Shown here: positions 39,064 to 48,400 of the stretch, in pieces | How the letters are laid out: each line of letters begins with the position of its first letter | How positions within the stretch are numbered: the stretch's first letter is position 1 | From: Planctomycetota bacterium | GTDB taxonomy: Bacteria; Planctomycetota; B15-G4 | DNA: 64,000 bases | NCBI GenBank assembly: GCA_965248575.1 | Contig: CBDFJQ010000002.1 | Location: 1,120,001 to 1,184,000, forward strand | Direction: 5' to 3' | Notes under the pieces: model-generated | What the model saw: only the letters and a program-made list of their open reading frames with translations | What the model was told of the DNA's origin: nothing | Databases searched by the model: none | Made by a program: the position numbers and the translations under genes

Positions 39064-39219
39064 CGTCAGGTCTTCATGGTCAGCAGGCTAGGGCGCGCGC
39101 CCAGAGGTTCTCTCGCTGGAGGGCTGGAATCCAGCCCCGGCCAACAGAAGGCCGCAGGCGAACCGCCAACGGGCCTTCCTGAAGGACAGCCTTCGAGCGC
39201 GGGGCAGCTGCCGCCCCGC

Positions 39220-40824
39220 TCACGCATCGCGCACGTTGTGTGTCGTGCCCTCCACGCTGACGCCAGCGGCACGAGCCTCCAACTGCGGACGGCGGGTCAG
39301 CCCCAACGATTGCATGAGACGTTTGCCGATGTCGTACAGCTTGAACTCCACGGTCCATGCGTACTTGTGGTTCCGCAGCCGATAGCCCGCCATCCACTTC
39401 AGGAAGCTGTGGTAGGGCGTCTTGCCCTTGACCAGGCCATCGAACCAGGGCACCAGGTAGGTGTAACGGTGGTAGTCGCGCTTGATGTCGTCGGGCAGCG
39501 ATTCGTAGGTCTTGTTCTCGAACTTGTACTCGACCATGCCGCCCCACGTGTCGAAACTCAGCGGCATCTCATAGCCATTGCGCTCGGCGTGTTCACCGGA
39601 AACAGTGCCCGGTAGCGGACGGTAGAGCAGCACCTCGCTCGTACAGTTCGGGTAGCGCGTCTTCATCTCGGCGGCGAGCGTCAGGGTCTCGCGCATGGAG
39701 GAGGGCGTCTCATCGGGATAGCCGATGATCCAGAACAGCCCAATCTTGATGTCGCGCTCCCACATGCGCCGCATGGCGATGTCGATGTTGCCGTCCTGGA
39801 TGCCCTTCTGGATGTACAGCTGGGTCTCCGCGGCAGCCGCCTCGGCCCCCACCCACATCATGTGGCAGCCCGAGTCACGTAGCAGGTCGAGCGTCTCGTC
39901 GGAGTAGCGCACGATGGTCTCGACCTCGATCGTCGCGTTCCAGTGGATGTTGACCTCGCGCTCGATCAACAGTTCGCAGAACTTCTTCACGCGCTTCTCG
40001 TGCACACCGAAGTTGGCGTCCTGGAAACGCACCACGTCGAATTCGTATTGCTTCTTCAAATCAACGATGCGGTCCACGAGATCTTCTGCGCCCAGCGCTT
40101 TCCAGCGGCGGTTCGTGACCAGCGGCGAACAGCAGAAGGTGCAGGGCTCGGGGCAACCGTAGGAGCTGAAGTACGACACGGCCCGGTACGGCTTCTGCAT
40201 GCTGTAGCCCGGCGGGTCGGGAAAGCGGTAACGCACCTTGGCTGTGCTGGCCTGGCTCTCCTGGACGTCGAGGTAGCGCTCCACATCAATCAAGTCGAAA
40301 GCCGGGGGCGGCAAGGTCTCAAGCCCCACGATCTCCCGCTTGGGAGTGTGGAACAACTTGTCGTCCTTCCAGAGCGCTAGCCCCGGGACGTCTTCGGCCG
40401 GCGTGCCGTCGCGTACCGCCAGCAGCCACTCCGTGAAGGTCACTTCGCCCTGTCCAATGCAGACGGCGTTGGCGAGGTTGCGTGAGAGATACAGCTCGGG
40501 GGCAACCGAGGGGAACCAGCCGCCCCAGATCATGGGTAGATCGGGGTATTTGGCCCTGACTTGCTCAGCGACGGAAGCGCCGTCGGCAACCTGATACCCC
40601 ACGATGCACGTCGATGCGAAGGCGAAGGCTCCCTCGAGCTTCTCCCACAGCTTGCCCATGGGATCGGACTCCACCATGGAGTCGATGATGTCGAACTCGA
40701 AGTCGTGCTCCAGGGCCGGCGCCAGGATGTGCAGGAACTCCAGCGGCATGAGGTCCGCGCTGTAGGGCTGCCCCAGCTTGGGATCGCCTCGTTCGGGGTA
40801 GTACATCACCACGCGTTGTTTCAT
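39220..40824 (-). CDS. Cobalamin-binding radical SAM protein
   Basis: WGGWFPS, GQGE, SYGCPEPCTFC (CxxxCxxC), FQDANF, IIGYPDET. Confidence 0.9.
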   Translation of the reverse strand: MKQRVVMYYPERGDPKLGQPYSADLMPLEFLHILAPALEHDFEFDIIDSMVESDPMGKLWEKLEGAFAFASTCIVGYQVADGASVAEQVRAKYPDLPMIWGGWFPSVAPELYLSRNLANAVCIGQGEVTFTEWLLAVRDGTPAEDVPGLALWKDDKLFHTPKREIVGLETLPPPAFDLIDVERYLDVQESQASTAKVRYRFPDPPGYSMQKPYRAVSYFSSYGCPEPCTFCCSPLVTNRRWKALGAEDLVDRIVDLKKQYEFDVVRFQDANFGVHEKRVKKFCELLIEREVNIHWNATIEVETIVRYSDETLDLLRDSGCHMMWVGAEAAAAETQLYIQKGIQDGNIDIAMRRMWERDIKIGLFWIIGYPDETPSSMRETLTLAAEMKTRYPNCTSEVLLYRPLPGTVSGEHAERNGYEMPLSFDTWGGMVEYKFENKTYESLPDDIKRDYHRYTYLVPWFDGLVKGKTPYHSFLKWMAGYRLRNHKYAWTVEFKLYDIGKRLMQSLGLTRRPQLEARAAGVSVEGTTHNVRDA

Positions 40825-40907
40825 CAGCTTGCTGCCCTAAGTCGTCGTTGTATGAAGTCGCTTGCTCTGCAGGCGCGCCTGCGAGGGGCTTCCGGAAGGA
40901 AGCACTC

Positions 40908-42464
40908 TCAGCGCGGAGCCAAGCGTGTGGTCCAAACCTTGTCGAGCAACTGCCGTGCCCGGTGGTAGGCCTTGAACTCGTATGGGAACTGAAAGACGCC
41001 GTTGCGCATGCGCCAGCGAGCCGATGCACCCAGCATCTTCTTCATGACGGCGCTGCAGCGCACATGGTCGTCCACCCAAGGCGACAGGAAGTTGAAGACG
41101 CTCCAGTCGCGCTCGACACCTTCGGGGATTCCGCCCTTCCAGGTGTCGACCTTGTACTCGAACATGCGCCCCCACTCTGCTGCGGATGTGGGCGGTTGAT
41201 AACCGTTGTCCAGCGCCACCTGCCACAGCTCCGCGCCTGGGATAGGCCGGTAAGGGAAGACGTCCACCGAGGCGTGCTCGAAGTTCATCTTCACCTTGCG
41301 AGCCTCGTCCAAGGTATGACGCATGGACTCTTCGGACTCGTCCGGGAAGCCGATGATGTAGCTGACGCCCGAGATGATCCCGCGCTCGTCCAGCTTGCCG
41401 ATCGCCTTCAGCGTCTCGCCTTCCTTGATGCGCTTCCCGATCGCATCCTGCTGTTCCCAGGACGCAGTCTCTGCACCGGTGGGAGCGACATAAAGGCCCG
41501 ATTCGGCCATCAGGTCGAGGGTCGCATCGCTGTACTGGTTGACCTGCTTGATCTCGATGGTCGCGTGCCACACGAACTCAAGGCCACGGTCGAGCAGGCC
41601 CTGGGCGAACTCCCGGGTGCGCTTCTCGCTCACACCGAAGTTCGCGTCCTGGAAGCGCAGACCCACGAAGGGATCCTTGGCCATGATCTCCTCGATGTGA
41701 TCGAGCAGGGCCACGGCCGGCATCATCTTGTAGGCGCGGTTGGTCAAGCCCGGCGAGTTGCAAAAGGTGCAGGGCTCGGGACACCCGAAGGAGGAGTGGT
41801 AGCTGATGGCCGGGTACGCCGATTTGCCTGGCGGGTCGGGGAAACGATGCCGGATGCCACGCCCATTGGGGCTGGACTCGATGGCGCACTGCCGCCGCTG
41901 CTCGGCGTAGTAGCGCTGCAGGTCCATCACCTCGAAGGGAGCCTTGGGGAACTGATCGAAGCCGACGACCGGGCGTCGCGGCGTCCAGACGATATGGTCA
42001 TCACGCAGCAAGGCGAGGCCCGCGATATCGTCCAGGGGCGTGCCCGATTCGAAGGCGTCGAGCATCTCGCCGAAGGTGATTTCACCCTGTCCCATGCACA
42101 CGGCATCCGCCGCACCGCCGCCGAGGAACAACTCAGGCACGGCAGACGGGAACCAGCCACCCCACCAGATGCTGAGCTGCGGATACTTCTCGCGCACGGC
42201 GCTGGCCACCTCGACACCGTCGAACACCTGGTAGCCGAGGATGCAACTGCTGCAGAACACGTCCGCGTCGGCGCATGCTTCCAGCACCCGCTCCAAGGGC
42301 TGCTCTTCGATCACGGCGTCGAGCAGCTGCACTTCCCATCCGCGCTCCAACGCGACACCGGCGATCTGCACCAGCTCGAGAGGCAGGAGGTCTGCAGAGA
42401 TCAGCTCCCCCTTGTGCGGATCACCCCTATGGGGCAGGTACATCACAACCTTGCGTTTGTTCAT
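40908..42464 (-). CDS. Cobalamin-binding radical SAM protein (paralog of the neighbouring gene)
   Basis: WGGWFPS, GQGE, SFGCPEPCTFC, FQDANF, IIGFPDES. Confidence 0.9.
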   Translation of the reverse strand: MNKRKVVMYLPHRGDPHKGELISADLLPLELVQIAGVALERGWEVQLLDAVIEEQPLERVLEACADADVFCSSCILGYQVFDGVEVASAVREKYPQLSIWWGGWFPSAVPELFLGGGAADAVCMGQGEITFGEMLDAFESGTPLDDIAGLALLRDDHIVWTPRRPVVGFDQFPKAPFEVMDLQRYYAEQRRQCAIESSPNGRGIRHRFPDPPGKSAYPAISYHSSFGCPEPCTFCNSPGLTNRAYKMMPAVALLDHIEEIMAKDPFVGLRFQDANFGVSEKRTREFAQGLLDRGLEFVWHATIEIKQVNQYSDATLDLMAESGLYVAPTGAETASWEQQDAIGKRIKEGETLKAIGKLDERGIISGVSYIIGFPDESEESMRHTLDEARKVKMNFEHASVDVFPYRPIPGAELWQVALDNGYQPPTSAAEWGRMFEYKVDTWKGGIPEGVERDWSVFNFLSPWVDDHVRCSAVMKKMLGASARWRMRNGVFQFPYEFKAYHRARQLLDKVWTTRLAPR

Positions 42465-42731
42465 CGCTGTTGAAGAGTCCGCGTTCGGCCCATTGGGTAG
42501 AGATATGGGGAGTCTATCATCCGTTCCGTGATTGAGCCCCCGAAGCTCAGGGAGCTTCAGACGGGACCGTCGATGGACGGAACGCAGCTCCTATCGGCAG
42601 GATCGGGCCCCCGAACAACAGCACCTCTTCCACCTTCGAGATCCGATCATCGACAACGCAACCCGCAAGCCGGACGGCACGGACATCTTGCCACCCGATT
42701 TCGCGGCGCAGCTCGGCGCTGGAGGCCAGCC

Positions 42732-44246
42732 GTGAAACAACGACATCCGCTTCCCGACCCCGGCTGGCCCGATTCGGCGAGTGCCACACAAAGCCTGCTT
42801 TTCTCGCCTCTGGCCCTGGCGAGCGGCCTTCAGCTGCAGCACCGGAGCTGGGTTCCGGCCATGGTGCCGTGGCGTGCCACCGACGAGGGCTTCGTCACGC
42901 CGGAGGTCCTGGCGTGGTATCGACGCTTCGCTGAAGGGCAGCCCGCCGTCCTGGTGGTAGAGGCCACGGGCATCCGGGACGTCCCTAGCGGTCCGCTCCT
43001 GCGCGTCGGCCATGACCGATTCCTGCCAGGCCTCGAGCAGCTCGTGGAGTGCGTGCGCGAGGCCAGCGGCGGAAAGACCCGGCTGCTGATCCAGCTCATC
43101 GACTTCCTGGCCATGCGCCGCCGGCCCGAGCGGAGCCGGTTCTTCGAGCGCTACCTCTCGCTCCATCAGCACCACGTCGACGGCCTGCTTCAGCTCTCCA
43201 CGAAGTCGGGGCTCACGACGCCCCCCGAGGGGAGCTCAGGACATCACGCCGGCCCGTCCCTCGCAAACGAAAGCGAGTTGAGACGCGCCTTGGCGGCGCT
43301 GTCCGATGCGCAGCTCGCCCAGGTCCTCCGGCCCCGGGAGCTCGAAGACCTCAGCATGGGGGCGCGGGAGCGGGTCACGGACACCCACCTGGGACACATC
43401 GCTGCGCTGCCCGACACCCTGCCCTTGCTCTTCGCCGACGCCGCCGAACGGGCGCAGCGTGCGGGCTTCGACGGCGTGGAGCTGCACTATGCCCATGCCT
43501 ACACCATGGCCTCCTTCCTCTCGCGCCGGAACACGCGTAGGGACGGCTATGGGGGCAGCTTGGATCATCGCGTGCGCCTGCCGCTGGAGGTCTATCAGCT
43601 GTGCCGTCAGCACGTTGGCAATCGCTTCACCCTAGGCGCGCGCTTCCTCGCGGACGAGGTCATCGAGGGCGGCAACACCGTCGAGGATGCCCAGCAAATC
43701 GCCGTTCAGTTCGCTGCGGCGGGCATGGACTTCCTGTCCCTGTCCCGGGGCGGGAAGTTCGAGGACGCCAAACAACCCGGCGTCGGCAAGGCTGCCTACC
43801 CCTACACCGGCCCCAGCGGTCATGCCTGCATGCCGACAGTGTTTGGGGCGTCCCCGCCCTTTGGCCTCAACCTGCACCTCGCAGCAACGGTACGGCGGAG
43901 CGTTCGAGCTGCGGGCCACCAAACCCCCGTGGTGGCGGCGGGTGGCCTGTCCAGCTTCGAGTTGATGGAGTCCGCCCTGCAGGACGGGTCCGCTGATCTG
44001 GTCGCAGCAGCGCGACAAAGTCTCGCGGACCCCGACTGGTTCCTGAAGATGCGGACGGGTCGCGGGGCTGACATCCAGCGTTGCCTCTTCACCAACTACT
44101 GCGAAGCCCTGGACCAACAGCACCGGCAAGTCACCTGCCAGCTCTGGGATCGCCTCCCCGGAGGTGAGCGGACGGCCGATGAACGTCGACGACTCACGGC
44201 GCCGGCAGACGGTTGGACCGCGCCGAATCGTGTGCAGGAAGCCTGA
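42732..44246 (+). CDS. NADH:flavin oxidoreductase (Old Yellow Enzyme family)
   Basis: PAMVPWRA, VVEATG, AGFDGVELHYAHAY..ASFLS..N.R.DGYGG, ARQSLADPDW; GTG with GGAGG chosen, start may lie upstream (42528/42573). Confidence 0.85.
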   Translation: MKQRHPLPDPGWPDSASATQSLLFSPLALASGLQLQHRSWVPAMVPWRATDEGFVTPEVLAWYRRFAEGQPAVLVVEATGIRDVPSGPLLRVGHDRFLPGLEQLVECVREASGGKTRLLIQLIDFLAMRRRPERSRFFERYLSLHQHHVDGLLQLSTKSGLTTPPEGSSGHHAGPSLANESELRRALAALSDAQLAQVLRPRELEDLSMGARERVTDTHLGHIAALPDTLPLLFADAAERAQRAGFDGVELHYAHAYTMASFLSRRNTRRDGYGGSLDHRVRLPLEVYQLCRQHVGNRFTLGARFLADEVIEGGNTVEDAQQIAVQFAAAGMDFLSLSRGGKFEDAKQPGVGKAAYPYTGPSGHACMPTVFGASPPFGLNLHLAATVRRSVRAAGHQTPVVAAGGLSSFELMESALQDGSADLVAAARQSLADPDWFLKMRTGRGADIQRCLFTNYCEALDQQHRQVTCQLWDRLPGGERTADERRRLTAPADGWTAPNRVQEA

Positions 44247-44270
44247 ACGGGCCTCGCCTCGCCAAGCTGG

Positions 44271-44810
44271 CTAGTTGTCGGTCGGGTCCCCACCTGAGAG
44301 CGACATCCAGGCGTAGTTTCCACCCAAGCCCCGCAGCACCTCCGCCCAAAGCCGATGGGCGGGGATGTCAAAGACATGCCGTGACTCCGCAGGACAGACG
44401 ATCCAAGAACCTTCCTTCGTCTCGTCCTCCAGCTGGCCACCCCCCCAACCGGCATACCCGGCGAAGGCACGAACTGCGGTGACCTGGGGCTGGGCCTCCG
44501 TCCAGGGGCGTAGCTCACCCTGGACACTGACATCTTTCACCACCTGCTGTCCCTCGCCCGAATCGCGGCACAGGAACTGCAGGATGTTGGGCTGCACCGG
44601 CCCCCCCTCCGAAAGCCCCACGTCTGCCCAGTGCGCGTCCACCTCCTCGAGGACATCTGACAGCCGATGCTCCAGCGGACGATTCAGCACCAAGCCCAAG
44701 GCCCCCTGCTCATCGTGCTCGAGCATCAGCAGCACCGTGCGCTCGAAGTTCGGGTCCCGCAGCCCTGGACTCGCGACGAGCAGGAATCCCGATTCCTGTG
44801 GAGAGCGCAT
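44271..44810 (-). CDS. YqgE/AlgH (DUF179) family protein
   Basis: LRDPNFERTV, GALGLVLNRP, GGPV, AGYAGWGGGQLEDE..EGSW. Confidence 0.92.
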   Translation of the reverse strand: MRSPQESGFLLVASPGLRDPNFERTVLLMLEHDEQGALGLVLNRPLEHRLSDVLEEVDAHWADVGLSEGGPVQPNILQFLCRDSGEGQQVVKDVSVQGELRPWTEAQPQVTAVRAFAGYAGWGGGQLEDETKEGSWIVCPAESRHVFDIPAHRLWAEVLRGLGGNYAWMSLSGGDPTDN

Positions 44811-45022
44811 GGGGATGCTCCTGAGCGTGTTCTGACTCCTCACGACGAGATCACGGACATCGTGAGCCCGCGGGCGGGCGTCCCCTGCCTCGTGATCGGA
44901 ACACAGTCTACTCTGGGTCTGTCCAAGAAGGACTCCTGTGACCACCGACTCCTTTGCCTTCCCACCCAAGGAAGGCTATACCCCGGCGGACTCACATCCA
45001 TCGATCTTGAGAGAGCTTGACC

Positions 45023-45442
45023 ATGTACGACCCCATGATGGTTGCGCCCATGCGCGACGAACTCGTGAACTCCGGTGTCCGCTCGTTGGGAAGCCCCGAC
45101 GAGGTGGACAGCGTGCTGAACGAGCCAGGAAAGACCGCCCTGGTGGTGGTGAATTCGGTCTGCGGCTGCGCCGCCGCCAACGCCCGCCCAGGAGTGCGCC
45201 TGGCGCTCCAGCACGGCACCCAGCCCGATGCGACCGTCACGGTCTTCGCCGGTGTGGACCGGGAAGCCACCGACCGCGCCCGAAGCTACTTCAAGGGCTA
45301 CATGCCCTCGTCGCCTTCCATCGCGCTGCTCAAGGGCGGCGAAGTGGCGTTCATCCTGCAACGGCACGAAATCGAAGGACGCAGCCCCGAGGACATCGCC
45401 TCGCGCATCACCGCTGCCTACGACGAGCACTGCGCCGGCTGA
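45023..45442 (+). CDS. BrxA/BrxB family bacilliredoxin
   Basis: PMRDEL, VVNSVCGCAAANARPG (CGC), VFAGVDREAT, PSSPSIAL, RHEIEG. Confidence 0.9.
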   Translation: MYDPMMVAPMRDELVNSGVRSLGSPDEVDSVLNEPGKTALVVVNSVCGCAAANARPGVRLALQHGTQPDATVTVFAGVDREATDRARSYFKGYMPSSPSIALLKGGEVAFILQRHEIEGRSPEDIASRITAAYDEHCAG

Positions 45443-45485
45443 GACCGGACCGCCGGGCCCCAGCCGGACGCATGCCTTCCATCCA

Positions 45486-48400
45486 TCAACGGAAGGCCCG
45501 GCTGGGGTCGTGCAGGCGGTCGCGATAGGTCTCGTAGAGCTCGGTGTGCTTGCTCTCCAGGCCGACATCCCGGCCGCCCACGAAGACCTGCCGCACGCGC
45601 GTCGTGATCTGCAGCGGGCTGCCCTGCGTCACGACGACATCGGCACGCAGGCCCGGGGCAAGCTGACCCAGCTCTGACTCCAGCCCCAAGACCTCCGCGG
45701 CCCCGGCCGTGAGCGCGTGCATGGCGTCCTGCTCGGACAGGCCAAAGGCCACGGCCATGCCCGCCTCGTAGGGCAGGTTTCGCACGTCGAAGGCCGAGTC
45801 CGTGCGGAAGGCGATGCGCACCCCCGCTGCGGCCAGCAGGCCCGCGTTCGAGTAAGCCGAGTCGTACGGGTCACTGCGCGTGAGAGGCATACCCATCACC
45901 GGCCCCACGATCACGGGCACGTCGGCCAAGGCCAGCCGATCCGCGACCTTCCACGCTGCTCGCCCACCGGCGATGGTGATGTCGAGACCGAACTCATCGG
46001 CGAAGTCCAGGGTGTCGGCGATCTGGTCAGCCCGATCGGCGGAGAACACGATGGGTGCCTGCCCCAAGGCATAGGGCGCCAGCGCTTCCAAGCGCGGGTC
46101 GTAGCCGTGCACCCCGCCCACGCGCGCATACTCACGCGCTTCCAGGAACATCTCCCGCAGCTGCTTCCAGGACTTCTCCAGCCGCTCGGGGAGCGGCTTC
46201 TTGTCCTCCTTGCCGGCCGTCCAGTCCATGGGTGCAGCGTCCACGCCTCCCATGCAGCCCTCGAGCTCAGCCGTCAGCTGCTCCGCTGGATCGCGGGAGG
46301 TGCGCGGCGCGGAGACATGCAGGGCGACGCCGTCTCGAACGAGCGCATCCGAGGCCGTCCAACCCTCCAAGGACATGAGCGCGCTCTGACCCGCCACCCC
46401 CTGGCCCGATGGCGGCACCAGCACGCTGGTGACTCCGTTGACGCGCGCCACCGGAATCTGATCAGAAGCGGCATGCCACGCGGTAGAGGAGCGGATGTCA
46501 GCCTGGTTCCCGCCCACCTCCCGTTGATCCATGGATTGCTTGACCATGGAGATCTCCCCGATGCCCAGGGGCGCTCCCGCGTCGATCATTCCTGGCCACA
46601 CATCCAGTCCACTGACATCCCGCACGTCGTAGCCGGCAGCTCGCAGAGCCACCACATCCGCATCCCCAGCCTGTACCGCTTCGATGCGCCCGTCACGCAG
46701 CATCACCACACCGGGTTCGTGGACCACGAAGCCGTCATCGCCACGGGTCATGGTGTGAACGCGTCCTCCCACGAGCACCACGGCTTGCGGAGCCGGGCGT
46801 GTAGGTGTGGACGCAGCGCGTGTAGCACTGCGCGGCGCCGAGAGCCTCGTCAACAGCTCCGCGTCGAGCGGTGCATCGCGACCTTCAACCGTCAAGCCGC
46901 CCTCGTCCTCCTCGGCCTGGTCGGCCACGGCCGCCCGCCCTGCTTCGATCCTTGTGGACAGTTCTGCGAGCCAGTCGTCGTAGCGACCTTCCCGACGTTC
47001 GAACATCAGCTCGCCGTCCACGAAGGTCATCAGGACCTTCGACGTCACGTCAAAGGGGTGGCCGCTGTAGACAGCAAAGTCTGCGGACTTCCCGGGGTGC
47101 AACGACCCGACCTGGTCGGCGATGCCCAACTGCAAGGCCGGGTTCATGGTCACCATCTTCAGAGCTTCCCGCTCGGGCACATCGCCGTACTTGATGGTCT
47201 TCGCCGCTTCGAGGTTCAAGCGCCGGATGTGATCGCCGCTGTCGCTGTTCACGGACATGAGCGCACCGGCTTCATGCACCAGTGCCGGGTTGTAGGGCGT
47301 GGCCTCGGAGGCCTCGTACTTGAACCCCCACCAGTCCACGAAGGTGGAACCTCCCAATCCACCGTGGGCTGCGATCTCTGCGGCGACCTTGTAGCCCTCG
47401 AGCACGTGTTGGAAGGTCGCGACCTTGAAACCGAACTCCTCTGCGATGCGCATCAGCATCACGATCTCGTGCGCCCGGTAGCAGTGGCTGTGCACAGCGA
47501 TCTCGCCGCCCAGAATACCCACCAAGGCTTCCAGCCGCAGGTCACGGCGCGGCGCCATGCTGGCGGCCCCGCCGGCTGCTGCCGCTTCATGTGCCGCCCA
47601 AGCGTCCTGGTACCGGCGCGCCTCTTCGAAGGAACGGCGCAGGGACACTTCGACTCCCATGCGCGTCTTGGGAAAGCGAGCGCCATCACCCCAGTTGGCT
47701 TGTCGCGGGTTCTCGCCCAAGGCGAACTTCACGCCGCGGGGGGCACCCTCCAGAACCATCTCGGGCGCCGTGGAACCCCAGCGGAACTTCACCACCTCAT
47801 GCCGCCCACCGATGGAGTTGGCGCTCCCGTGCAGCAGGCGCGCCGTCGTCGTCCCGCCTGCCAGGGCCCGGTAGATGCCCACGTCGTCCGGATCCACTTC
47901 GTCTTCGATGGAGACCTCGGGCGTGATGATGCGCGTCCATTCATTGACGCCTCCGCGAATGGCCACGTGCGCGTGACAGTCGATGATGCCAGGGGCCACG
48001 AAGAGCCCCGTGCCATCCACGACCCGGATACCGTCGGGAGCCTCGAGGTCTTCGCCGATCGCCGCGATCAAGCCGCCGCTCACAAGCAAGTCAGCCTTCT
48101 CGAGCAGCCCCGTGCGGTCGTCCGCCGTGTAGATGGTCGCCCCCCGCACCAGGACATCTCCACCGGTTCGGAAGCTGGGCTCGCGGTCCTCGTCCAGCTC
48201 GACGGGCCAGTCCACATCCTCGTGAGCGGCCTCGGCTGCTGCCTTCAGGGCGCGGCGGTAGCTCGAGAGTTTCGCATCCCCCTCGCCCTCCGACTCGCCC
48301 TCCTCCGCAGCATCGGCATCCGAAGACCCGAGCAGGTCGTCCTCGGCGTTGGACTCCGCGATGACCTCTTCCTTCGGCTCGTCGTCGACCTCTTCGTCTT

